Part shown: positions 24,860-36,800 of the stretch, one piece after another
Layout of the letters: each line of letters starts with the position of its first letter
Numbering within the stretch: position 1 is the stretch's first letter
NCBI RefSeq assembly: GCF_020745735.1
Contig: NC_083430.1
Location: 28,262,909-28,326,908 of the forward strand
DNA length: 64,000 nt
DNA from: Hemiscyllium ocellatum
Lineage: Eukaryota
Direction: 5' to 3'
Notes under the pieces: generated by a model
Databases searched by the model: none
The model's input: the letters and a program-made list of their open reading frames with translations, nothing else
What the model was told of the DNA's origin: nothing
Position numbers and translations under genes: made by a program

Positions 24860-25140
24860 TAGGGTGAGAGGGGAAAAGATATAAAAGATGCCTATGGGGC
24901 AACTTTTTCACACAGAGGGTGGTACGGGTATGGAATGAGCTGCCAGAGGAAGTGGTGGAGGCTGGTACAATTGCAACCTTTACAAGGCATTTGGATGGGT
25001 ATATGAATAGGAAGGGTTGAGGGATATAGGCCAGATGCTGGCAGGTGGGACTAGATTGGGTTGGGATATCTGGTCGGCATGGGCGGGTTGGACGGAAGGG
25101 TCTGTTTCCATGCTGTACATCTCTGTGACTCTATGACTCT
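24860..25140 (+). mobile_element. HER1/CR1 LINE 3' tail
   Basis: tggaatgagctgccagaggaagtggtggaggctgg...ending in (gactctat)n. Confidence 0.9.
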
Positions 25141-25259
25141 GCCAATTAACAGACTGTACATTTTATGCCAGTAATTGAATTTGCGAAAGCACAAAATATA
25201 GAAAACATGCAGAAATTACTTTCAGCTTTTTTTTTAAATCAACAAATGTTCTTTAATAG

Positions 25260-25451
25260 GAAAAAGTGAGGACTGCAGATGTTAGAGAGTCAGAGTCGAA
25301 AAGGGTGGCGCTAGAAAAGCGCAGCACGTCAGGCAACATCTGAGGAGCAGGAGCCCTTCATCAATAACGTCTTATGCCCGAAACAAACTCTCCTGCTCCT
25401 CTGATGCTGTCTGATCTGCTGTGCTTTTCCAGTACCACCTTTTTCGACTCT
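25260..25451. mobile_element. Fold-back Penelope-type pseudo-LTR insertion (family A), diverged
   Basis: Inverted arms around cccttcatca...cttatgcccgaaac; 16-bp TSD aaatgttctttaatag at 25244-25259 and 25452-25467. Confidence 0.82.
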
Positions 25452-26619
25452 AAATGTTCTTTAATAGAAGCAATGTACAAGTTATTTTCCTTAACTTCAT
25501 ATACAGCACTAAAGTAATAGCTTAAGACATATTTAGATGAATTAGGAATTACATTAGACAATTGGGAATTGTTCCAAACTTTGAAACTGGGAATAAAAAA
25601 TATTTTGTGTCTTATAACAAGAAAGGAAAGACGGTGGACCTACAGGATATGCTCCCTCATCACAGAAAAGATTCTGAACTGTTAAATAGACAATTCATTA
25701 ATAGAACACCAGAAATTGACCTAGAAGAATAACACCACCACCTTCCTCCTGCCAACACATACACACACGCACATGCAGAGTTGAGTCATAACATCACTGG
25801 CATACCAAAGACCCTTTTCAGGTAAAACAGACAAAAATCTATGAATATCCTCACTGAGTTTCACCACAGCTGACTCAATTTGAAAAATAATGTTTTAATG
25901 CACATACCTAGCTTTTTTTTTGTCCCTTCTGGAAACATTTTCTCCAAATGATATTCCTCCACTATCAAGTTGCCAAAAGATAATGACTGCTATAAACATG
26001 AGTTCAAATCATCTCTGGAAGACAGACAATAGAATGATATCCTATCTAAGCAGTGAAATTTTACAGAAGATAAATGAAAAATTCACAGCAGTGAAACTGT
26101 TGCACAGAAAATGACATAACAAAATGATACTTTAATGGGATCCAATTCTACATCACCTAAAGAGTCTTACTGACAGTTCCATTTTAAGCTACTTCGAATT
26201 TTTCTATGCTTGTCCAAACAGGTCAGATTTTCATTCTGGTAAGGTGGTTCGATGATGAGATTTTGCCTCAGTTATATGGCTTAAAATAGCAACTTCAAAG
26301 CCCAGCTCCTCCCCGCATCATCCATATATAATTTAACTTCTTTAAAAGTATCGTATTCAAACTGACAATTTTGATCTGGACAAGTTCTACCACACCGGAG
26401 GATTTCTGTGATGCAATCTCTTTCCCATTAAAAACTGGATTAAAATTATCCAAACTGATTTATTAGCACCAGCTGAGCCATAACAGGAAGTGGGCATTTT
26501 CTATTCAAACTAGCTTGGATTATTAGTCAATGATACAGCTGTGCAGTTAACTCAAACTAATTCCATGCTGTAAAAACCAGGCATTATTTCTTGCATTTCT
26601 GATTCACGACTGTCAAAAA

Positions 26620-26633
26620 TTTATTTTTTTATT
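26620..26633 (-). terminator. NCDN: Candidate NCDN polyadenylation signals (tandem AATAAA)
   Basis: Minus strand reads TTGTAC-AATAAA-AA-AATAAA, about 320 nt after the stop codon; further AATAAA at 26459-26464 and 23097-23102. Confidence 0.45.
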
Positions 26634-26954
26634 GTACAATACTGATTATGAAGTATCTTAAATAAGAGGGCTGTATTTTAGAACTTCTCTCAATCAAAGA
26701 TGAAAGGAGTGAGCGTAGCAGAGTATGAGTGGAGTAAAGAGAGATGCAGTTGCTGCATCTCCTAAGTTAAACCAATTCCCAAAATAACTGAATGATCAAA
26801 TGTAACCAGCAAATGTCAAATTCTTCAAAACCTAAAATTAAATAAAATGTTAATTTTTAAAACAAAATCTTAACCAGCATTTTGCAAGGAAGTACAGCCA
26901 AGCTCCAAGCCTCTTCAGATCATTCCTTGGCCAGTTTGCATTGAGGTTGGCTTG

Positions 26955-27394
26955 TCAGTAATTTTGAGAAACACATTGCTCCAAAGCTGCCATTCCATAC
27001 AGGTTGGCTTTCTCCTCACCATTATTTAACAATATAATGTCTTTACATGGTTTGCTGTTCTTGGCCAGTTCAGCTAAAACACACTGAAAGGCAGCAATGA
27101 GGTCAAACTCCATAGTCACGGGAGAACACTTATTTAGCAAATCAAAAATGTGACTCAACCATTCTGATTCAATTACACTTTGTGGTAGCCATGGTAGCAA
27201 AGGTATACAACTACTAAATGCCTGCATTCCCAGAAACCAAAGTTCTGAGATTTGATCCCAAGCTTTTTGGTATCTCTCAGCTACCACAATCTGGGTTTGG
27301 TCATCAATTGTGTTCAGCTGCGTTGTATGTGCTTTTGACAAAAAATGAATTGCCCCTCGGAAAAAGCCCTTGGATACTGTAGTTCCCTGTAACA
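26955..27394 (-). CDS. NCDN: Neurochondrin last coding exon (VLQGTTVSKGFFRGAIHFL...ANLYGMAALEQCVSQNY*)
   Basis: Within ORF 26955..27440; tttttcAG acceptor; ends in TGA; matches the recalled NCDN C-terminus (ELWFLGMQAF...PLLPWL...MAALEQCL). Confidence 0.95.
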
Positions 27395-28096
27395 CTGAAA
27401 AAAAGATGCACATGGTTACTTCTCGAAGACAAATCCACACTGGTTATAAACTCAAGTTTAATGCTAAAGTCGGCTTTGACAACTTTTGATCTCCTAAGAA
27501 CAGAATACACTTTAAGCTCCCTCAGTTTTCCCCTCTCCCCTCCTCTGATTCATGGTGTTTTCTGTCATTTTCAAGCCTCAACTTCAGCCTCATCTCCCAA
27601 CCCTCATTTAATGCATCTCCTCCATGAAACCCATTTCCTTCAAACCGATCCATGATGCCATCCTTCTTATCATTCATCTCCCACTGTTGCACTATAGCTC
27701 AGGCAAAGACCTACCCTCCTGATTTTGCACAAGGTCCACTGGTATCTCTAACACAATACATACATTTACATCAACCAAGTTATTTTCTTCTCTCGCACTG
27801 CACTCGTAAAAGATGCGCAATCCTTTCATGTTCTATAGGTTTCCCTTTTCAAAGGACTGTAAATTATACCAGTTTTACATTATAGATATTTTTGAATCAA
27901 ACTGTTCAGAAATACTATGACATGGAGAGAAGAGGTGGGACTTCAATCCACACCTTCTGGCGCAGAGGTAGCAATACTTCAACTGCACCATAAAAGCCCT
28001 TGGTTTTACAGTAAATGATGTGTTTAAGACTGCTCGATGATGATGGGAGTGGGGGACAGGGTATTGAGTTAACGATTCACTGTTCTCATTCTGTAC

Positions 28097-28239
28097 CTGG
28101 TGTGTCAGCAAGTATGCGACTCATCATCAAGCCCAAAGTCGTGAAATTAGCAGCAAGAATCAGGTGACGTTGGCTATAAAGCAAAGACTGCAAGGATTCC
28201 ATTAACAAGCTAAGTAAAGATGAGAAACATTCTTCCTGC
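28097..28239 (-). CDS. NCDN: Neurochondrin coding exon 5 (QEECFSSLLSLLMESL...LILAANFTTLGLMMSRILADTP)
   Basis: cattgcAG acceptor, CAG|GTACAG donor, 143 nt; matches recalled human CFTSL...LLLAANVATLGLLMARLL; not in the ORF track. Confidence 0.93.
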
Positions 28240-29553
28240 CTGCAATGACAGATTATTCAAAAAGTGTAAGAAACAAATTTTAAAATGTTACCAAAAAGCC
28301 TTTAGAAAGAACATCCACTTATCCACAAACTTCTTTGAAAACCATTTTACAATACAATTATTTGAATTATTATATCCAAGATGGAGTACGGGAAAACATT
28401 CTAAGAGCTGCTCCTTTCAAGGTGTTTTAGGTGTTGGAGGTGATTTCTTTGAATTCCAGGAGCAACATCAAAACAAATGACACTATAAAAAGGAGGAAGA
28501 CACACAAAGGCAGTGACCACATGATCAAAGAAAGACACTTATGCTGCTTTCTGACACAGGAGTGAATCTGCACAGTTACTGCCTTTGCTGTTTGAGTTCA
28601 AGTATCTCTGGATTGGAGTGCAGAGGAAAAGAAAATGAACAAAAAGCAAAATTCACAGCTGACCTTGGAGGAACCTGTTTGGGATGGTTCACAGTATAGG
28701 CACAGATAAGTGCATAGTTTTTAAGTGTAACTTTGCTGTAAACCTAGAAAAGTGACTAGACTGGGTTCTTTCTTGATTATATGTTTTATTGAGATCTAGC
28801 TCTTGATTTAATTTTTGAAATATAAGCCTCAAAAATTAGGTTAACCTGGAGAAATTTTTTTTAAGGGCAATAAGACAGTGCTATTTCCTGGGTCAGTAGT
28901 TCATAAAGGAACAAAGATGGCCTTTAGTAGAGTGACGTGCTCATCCTGTCAGATGTGGGGAATTCAGGAAGAGTTTCCATGTTACTGATGATTATGTCTA
29001 CATGAAATATCTTTGGCTGTGAACCGATGAATTGGAGCGGCAGTTAGAGGCAATAAGGAATTTAAAAGAAGCTAATGGATGTGATGGACGGCAGTTATAT
29101 AAAGGGAGAAAAGCCGCAGATACAGCCAGGCAGATGGGTTGACTCCAGGAAAGGTAGGAGGGGGAGGCAGGTAGTGCAGGAGTCTCCTGTGACCATTCCC
29201 ATCTCAAACAAGTATGCAGTTTTAGAAAATGTAGGAAGTGATGGAATGAAGTAGGAATAGCCAAGTTTCTGGTACCGAGAATGGCTGTAATGTACGAGGG
29301 GGTACATCAGGTTCCAAAGGATGGATTGCGATGGGCACTTTCTTGTCAGATGCACAGATAGATGTTTCTGTGGCTGGCAGTGAAAAATCAAAATGGCGTG
29401 TAGGCTCCTTGGTGCAGGATTGAGGATATCTCAGAGGGTGCAGAATGTTCTCAAAGGGGAGAGGCACCAGCAGGAAGTTGTTGAACACACTGGAATAACG
29501 ACATAGGAAGGGAAAAGGATGAGATTTTAGAGAAAATAGAAAGTTAGGCAGGA

Positions 29554-29670
29554 CGAGCTGGTGCTGGATGGGGTGGACAAAATTAAAAATCACAATACCA
29601 GGTGATAGCCCTACAGGTTTATTTGGAAGCACTAGCTTTTGGAGTGCTGCTCCTTCATCAGGTAGCTGAT
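29554..29670 (-). mobile_element. Penelope-type pseudo-LTR family B fragment nested in the LINE ORF1
   Basis: Minus strand CTGATGAAGGAGCAGCACTCCAAAAGCTAGTG (GAAA mutated to AAAA); colinear with 39771-39880. Confidence 0.8.
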
Positions 29671-29920
29671 AGTCCTCGAGGGTAGTAATATCTGGATTAT
29701 TCCCGGTGTTATGAGCTAGTGAGGGTAGGAATGGGAGGATAGAGCAGGTGAATGGGAGGCTGAGGAGCTAGTACAGAGGCAAAGGGATCACATTTTCGGA
29801 ACACTGGAATAGCTTCCGGGTAGAAGTGACTCATACACGAAGGATGTATGAATTAGAAGGGGTCTAATATACTGGCTGGGAAATTTGCTAGAGCTGCTTG
29901 GGAGAATTTAAACTAGTCAG

Positions 29921-29955
29921 GTGTGTGTGTGGGTGGGGGGGGGGGGGGGGGGGGG
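29921..29955 (+). repeat. (GT)5 followed by a G21 homopolymer
   Basis: Direct read, at the ORF1/ORF2 junction of the LINE. Confidence 0.9.
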
Positions 29956-32900
29956 AAGGTGGTGGGCAGGGAGATAATGAGGGAAAAGATCAAAGACCAA
30001 TCTGAGATTGGTACAGTTGGGAAAAGGGGTGAGTCAAACAGTCACGGCAGGCAGGAACAAAGCAGAAAACAAGGTAGGATTAATAAATTAAACTACATTT
30101 ATTTCAATGCAAAAGGGAAAGCAGATGAACTCAGAGCATGGTTGGGAACATGGGACTGGGATATCATAGCAAATATAAAGACATGGCTCAAGGATGGACA
30201 GGACTGGCAGCTTAATGTTCCAGGATACAAATGTTATAGGAAGGATAGAAAGAGAGGAAGGGGAGTGGTATTTTTGATAAGGGATAGCATTACAGCTGTA
30301 CTGAGGGAGGATATTACTGGAAATACATCCAGGGAAGTTATTTGTGGAACAGAGAAATGAGAGATGGATGATCACCTTATTGGGATTGTACTATAGTCAT
30401 TGGGAAATTGAGAAACAAAATTTGTAAGGAGATCTCAGTTATCTGTAGGAATAATAGGGTGATTTTAACTTTCCAGACATAGACTGGGACTGCCACAAGG
30501 ATTTAGATGGAGAGGAATTTGTTAACTCTGTACAAGAAAATTTTTTTATTCAGTATGTAGATGTACAAAGTGCATGTGAAGGTGCAAAACTTGACCCACT
30601 CTTGGGAAATAAGGCAGGGCAGGTGACTGAGGTGTCAGTGGGAGGAGTGTTTTAGGGCCAGCGACCATTTAAATAATAGAGTCATAGACATGTACAGCAC
30701 GAAAACAGACAATATAATTCAATTAATTTTAAAACAGTGAAAGAAAAGGATAGACCAGATCTAAAGGTTGAAGTTCTAAATTGTAGAAAGGTCAATTTTG
30801 ACAGTATTAGACAAGAACGTGCTTAGGGACAGATGTTTGCAAATTACAGGACAGCTGGAAAGTGGGAAACCTTCAAAAATGAGATAAAGACAGGATATTC
30901 CTGTTGGAATAGAAGGGAAGGTTGGTAGGTGTAGGGAATGCTGGACGACTAGAGAAATTGAGGTTTTGGTCAAGAAAAAGAAGGAAGCATATATCATGTA
31001 TGAACAGCAGAGAGAGAGATCGAAAGAAACCTTAAAAGAGTATAAAAGGCAGTAGATGTTTACCTAAGATGGAAATCAGGAGGGTAAAAAAGGAACATAA
31101 GATAGCTTTGGCAAATAGGGTTAAGGAGAATCCAAAACGTATTCTATCAACACATTAAGGACAGATTAAGTAAGTCGGAAGAGAAAAGGGTCCCTCAAAG
31201 ATCAGCAAGGTGGCCTATGTATGGAACCATAGGAGATTTTGGAGGCGGGGGGGGATACTAAACGAGTATTTTGCATCAGTGTGCACTGTAGAGAAGAAGG
31301 AGATGGAAGATATAGAATGTGGGGAAATAGATGGTGACATCTTGAAAAATGTCCATATTACAGACGTGGTCATTCTGGAAGTCTTAAAAAGGCATAAAAG
31401 TGGACAAATTCCCAGAACCTGATCAAGCGTACCCTCGAACTCTGTGGGAAGCCAGGGAAGTGATTGCTGGGCCTCTTGCTGAGATATTTATATTATCGAT
31501 AATCACAGGTGAGGTGCCAGAAGACTGGACGTTGGCTAACATGGTGCCACTATTTAAGGAAAAGCCAGGGAACGATAGACGGGTGAGCCTGACCTCGGTG
31601 GTGGGCAAGTTGTTGGGCGGAATCCTGAGGGACAGGACTTACATGCATTTGGAAAAGCAAGGACTGAATGGGATTTTCAACATGGTTTTCAACATGGGAA
31701 ATCATGTTGCACAAACTTGATTGAGATTTTTTGGAATAAGTAATGAAGAGGGCAGAAGACAGAGGGTGGTGGAGTGTTGTTTATCAGACTAGAGGCCTGT
31801 GACCAGTGGTGTGCCACAAGGATCGGTGCTGGGTCCAATGCTTTTCTTCATTTATAGAAATGATTTGGATGTGAACATAGGAGGTATAGTTAGTAAGTTT
31901 GCAAATGACACCAAAATTAGAGGTGGATCAGATAGGCTAATGGGCTAAGAAGTGGCAGGCAGGGTTTAATTTAGATAAATGTGAACTGCTGTGTTTTGGA
32001 AAGGCAATTCAAGGCACCACTTATACACTTAATTGGAAGGTCCTTATGGGGAGTGATGCTGAACAAAGAGACCTTGGAGTGCAGTTCATAGTTCTTTGGA
32101 AGTGGAATTGCAGGTAGATAGGATAGTGAAGGCAGCATTTGGTCTGCTTTCCTCTTTAGCCAGAGCACTGAGTATGGGTGTTGTGAAGTCATGTTGTGGC
32201 TGTATAGGACACTGGTTAGGCCACTTTTACAATACTTATGCAATTCTGATCTCCCTTCTATCGGAAAGATGTTGTAAAACTCGAAATGATTCAGAAACAA
32301 TTGACAAGGATTTGCCATGGTTGGAGGATTTGAGCTATAGGGAGAGGCTGAATTGGCTGGGGCTGTTTTCCCTGGAACGTTGGAGTCTAAGGGGTTACCT
32401 TATAGAGGTTTATAAAATCATGAGGAGCCTGGATTGGGGTGTGTGTGTATATAATATATATATATAAAACACCCAAGGGGTAACTTTTCCACACAGAAGG
32501 TGGTGCGTGTATGGAATGAGCTGCCAGAGGAAGTGATGCAGACTGGTACACTTACAAGATTTATAAGGCATCTGGATAGATATATGAATAGGAAGGGTTT
32601 CGAGCGATAGGAGCCAAGTGCTGGAAAATAGGACAAGATTAGGTTAGGATATCCGGTCGGCATGGACGAGTTGGACCGAAGGCTCTGCTCCTTGCTGTAC
32701 ATCTCTACGGCTATCATTCTAGACTCTACAGTGGAGAGATAAATGAATAAATTACGAGCCTGTGAACAGCAGGACCACTGTAAATGTGGATACTAAAAAT
32801 ATTAGATACAGAAGAAGTATCTGACCCTTTAGTGAGCTTCAAAATCATTTACTTTGACCCTCTGATACCTCAGCAGGTTGACTGAGTGAGTAGTCAAATC

Positions 32901-34200
32901 ATACACCAAGTACGTACTTGGGATTGATCTTTGATCTCAAGCTTGGATATCAGTAGGGAACATTACAACTTACCAAATTAGAAACTATAAGGAAAAAGCG
33001 CAGTCCCAATGATGGTACGTCTGCTGGAAAATGCACATGGGGTAAGATCAGGTTAAGTAAATTAGCTAAGTTGTTATGGTACAAGACCAACAACCTATAC
33101 ATCATTTGACCATAGCAAGGTGTGGAAGTTAATGCAACAAAATCTCATCTGTGAGTAAGCTCCAGAAAAAAACCTGTTAACCATAAATGCTGTCAGCTTG
33201 AGGCAGGAATCAGCTAGCTTTACCTGGTTAGTCCTACACATGGATGAAGTCCAATACTAACAATTGCAAGGGCAAATAGGATAAGCGATACAACTTAGAA
33301 GGGAAGAAAATGTCATCGGCCCAGCTGTAATGCTCCAATGTTAAATCACCTATTCAATATTTAGACTAGTTCTCTTAAAATTTATACGTAAGCAATGATT
33401 CTTATTCAGCGAGGTATTATATCCCAGCAAAAGGTCATACCTTCAGGAGTAATGGGAAGGATGAATTGGTGGGAAGTGTTTACAAATGGTACCAGTGATC
33501 ACTCCAGCCCTGTGAATCCTATTACTTAACTAGGTTTGTGCAGGGAATATTCAGCATCAAAAGGCAAGGCATTAATGGTGGGGTAACTAAAAGACAACCA
33601 TGCCACCTTATTAACAAGTCTGTCTCTTGCACTGTCCCAGCATTAAAATTAGAGGTTGATTTTCTGCACCAACACCAGACAGCAACAGAACACCAAAAGG
33701 ACCTTGTGCCTGCCAAACCCCAGGACCACTGTTGTTGGTCATCCTGCAATGTGGTCCAAAGTCCAGGCCTTCTGTCTTAAAAAAAATAAAAATGCAAACA
33801 CAGCAGCAGCATTGGGATTCTGAGGTGAGGTTTATCTGCTGCTGGTAAAATTTCAACAACTATAGTTTGATCAGCTCTAAAATGAAAAACAATAGATTAA
33901 TTGAAGACTATGATTAATACATAAACTATAATTGTTATAAAAACACTATCAACTTCTTATAGAGAAATTGTGCTCTCTCCTCCCTTCCCACAGTAGCAAC
34001 TAATGAGCTAATTTGAATTGGTTACCAATATTATGGTTTGTATCAAATGTTACAGAAGCCTAAATTTGATAGTCCAACAGGCACTTGAGCCAGCCAGACT
34101 AAACTTTATTTGCATGGGCTAACTGAGAGGAATCCATCCATCTCCACTAAATTTACACCTAATACTGTGACCTTCATAGCTGAGATAAGGTACTGTATAC

Positions 34201-34425
34201 CTGATCAGTGCAGGCTCTGTTACCACAAGATTCAGAAAAATTCCACAGGCTGTTCGAAGACTCATCTCTGCATCATTTGGCAAAATTGGTGCATTTTTGG
34301 AAGAACTGAAGACTTCCCACTGTTGTGTGAAATAACGAAGAAGTAAAACATGAAACTCGCATGAAATTAAGATCCTCCGAGGGACATCTTCAGCTGAAAG
34401 GTGACAAAATCCAGGCAACAGAAAT
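34201..34425 (-). CDS. NCDN: Neurochondrin coding exon 4 (FLLPGFCHLSAEDVPRRIL...TACGIFLNLVVTEPALIR)
   Basis: ttgcAG acceptor, AG|GTATAC donor, 225 nt, phase consistent. Confidence 0.95.
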
Positions 34426-34822
34426 CTGCAAGTAAATACATACAATTTCGAAAAACAGTAAGTAAGGAGACAATTTTTTTCCTATAACTTTTAACAGTTT
34501 TAGCCACAACCATCTAACAACTTAAGAAAGGTGTTCATGCTCATTAGTGTTTAAGGTGCACCTCTCAAGTTAGTTTCCATCCTGGTTAATTTGCTGGCCA
34601 GACTATCAAACACGAACGTAAGAAATAAATATTCACAATGATTAGAACCAAAAAGGAGATTATTTCTCAGTTTGGAAACCACATTTAGCAACATGCTTTT
34701 TGACAATTCTTTTTGTGCTCCATATCAGGTCGCATGACCAAAAACAAAAACAACTCCTGAGTAAAGAAATGTGGAATGAAAAATATTGATGAGGCACAGT
34801 AAGCCAGCATGTTTAAAAAAAA

Positions 34823-34985
34823 TATTCACAGGATGTGGGCATCACTGGCCAGGCCAGCATTTATTACTTATCCTTAATTGCCCAGAGGGCAGTTAAGACT
34901 CAACCACATTACTGTGGGTCTGGAGACACACATAGGCCAGACCAGGTAAGGATGGCAGTCTACTTCCCTAAAGGACAATTGTGAT
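34823..34985 (-). mobile_element. Second SINE family, 3' fragment
   Basis: ggatgtgggcatcactggccaggccagcatttatt...gcccagagggcagttaag, colinear with 45720-45900. Confidence 0.7.
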
Positions 34986-35229
34986 AATTTAATAGTTTTG
35001 TCTGTGAGAGTTAAGAGCAAGTTAATAAACTGCAACTGCAATCTACCTCCATGGTAAAGAAATTCATATTCTTCTGAACAATTTGGTGTTTGACCACTGA
35101 AACAGGAGTACAACACTGACCAAAGACAAGCTCTGTCCCCCACCTGGTTGAAATATTACTAAAGTAATGCACAAGATTAATGATTATTAAATGGACTACA
35201 CTCAATGAAGCATCATATTTTCCTCTTAC

Positions 35230-35471
35230 CTCAAGGCATCTTTAGACCACTTTGTTACCTCGGGTCTATCAGCCAATGATAGTCCTTTCACTTGATTGTT
35301 TAGGTCATTGGATTTTATTGGACATTCAAACAGCTTCTGAGCATAACAAATTAGAAAAGGGAGCACATCACAGATTTCCTGTCTGAGTGCATATGTCTCT
35401 TCAGCCATCCAAGCACCCAGGATTCGGACTGAGGCAAACAGAAATGGATCCCACAGCTGTTCCTCTGTAAC
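35230..35471 (-). CDS. NCDN: Neurochondrin coding exon 3 (VTEEQLWDPFLFASVRILGAWMAEETYALRQE...DALR)
   Basis: ctatAG acceptor, AG|GTAAGA donor, 242 nt; FASVRILGAW.AEET motif of NCDN. Confidence 0.95.
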
Positions 35472-36800
35472 CTATAGCATAGGAAGTAAACAAAGGTAAA
35501 GTGAAGCTAATAAATTTATTTAATTTATGGCCTAAATTTCTTTTAAGAATTCCATGGTGAAAGGACTAGTGGGCACACTAAAATGCGTGCTGCAAGAGAT
35601 TGAGATGCAAAGTTTCAAAGTATAGAGATTGCAACAAGAGTCTGGTTGACACCAACAATGCTGAATTTTTGAAAAAATAAAGTGTCTGAATCCTGGTGTT
35701 TTTCAGAGTAAGAATAAACAGGCTCGCATGATGAAGTGCCAGTGATTTTTGGATCCTAAAAAAAGTATTTTTCCTTGTTCTAAGGCAATGAATTTGGGGA
35801 ATATATTCAAGAAAGAAATTACAAGATCTGTATTTGGATTAAAAAATTAGCAGGAACCCACTGTCTGTCTACACCACCATACTCATCTGCTGGAAATTCT
35901 ATTTCCTTATTGGCACTATACATTGTTCTTGGTTGTAGTCTTAGATCAATTCAAATGTTTGCCTGTAATTACAGTCAATTGGACTGTCCCAAATGTACTG
36001 TACACTGTTCCAAATGAATTTGTGGCTGATCATTTCTGCACTCTAACAAGGAGTTACTAAATACAATGGTATGGTTGCTAAGCAACTTCCCCACCCACTC
36101 CAGTCTGGCTGAGAGCAAGAACTTGAAATGTGTGCATTCACAGTTGCAGTGTGCGACAGCCTGATAGCACATTCATTCTTACAACTTCAAAGAACAGCAG
36201 AAAAAAAAATTATATTACACAAAATACGTCTTTAGATTGAGAAAAAAAAACTGAAGGACTCGTGAAGTGACAGTGTCACTATTTCTGATCCAGAAGGTCA
36301 GTGTTCAAGTCCCACCGGCTCCAGAGGTATGTAATAAACAACACTTAAACAGATTGCTTACAAAATATTCACAATGGTCTTCTGAACCATTTGTTATTTT
36401 CACATAAGTATATGATTACTTTCATCCCTTCCATCAGCTCTAAGCTTTCCGTTGTGAATAATATTTAATGAGCTGGTTTGAAGGTAAAAAAATAAAGAAA
36501 AAGTATTTGCAGAACATTGAGACTGCAGCATTACCTAAAATGCCGTAAACTGCAGGACTACAAACCAAATTCTAAAAAAGAAAGAAAGATTAGTTGGTCT
36601 TTCAGTTGGTGTAGACATGATAGGCCAGGGGCCGCCTCCTGTGCTGGAAAACTCCCATAATTCAATGACTACAGTGAAAGTTTGACTGAAGATTCAGAAC
36701 TACAGCAAAATATCTCCAGACAGAAATGGAGTTACAAGAAACCACAAATATATAAAATGAGGCAAATTATTCTAATAATAAAGATATTTCCATATTTCAC

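Larger units (their letters stand above)
28400..32730 (+). mobile_element. Near-full-length but dead HER1/CR1 LINE (5'UTR, ORF1, APE-RT ORF2, 3' tail) in an NCDN intron, antisense to the gene
   Basis: ORF1 start MAFSRVTCSSCQMW at 28917; APE start IYFNAKG...DIIANIKTWL; [23 protein letters not shown] and FANDTK motifs; many frameshifts and deletions. Confidence 0.9.

Noticed and set aside
33522-33859. Overlapping ORFs with an acceptor-like T tract in the large NCDN intron
   Set aside because: No similarity to NCDN; the expected exon is at 28097-28239 and the CDS is complete without this region.
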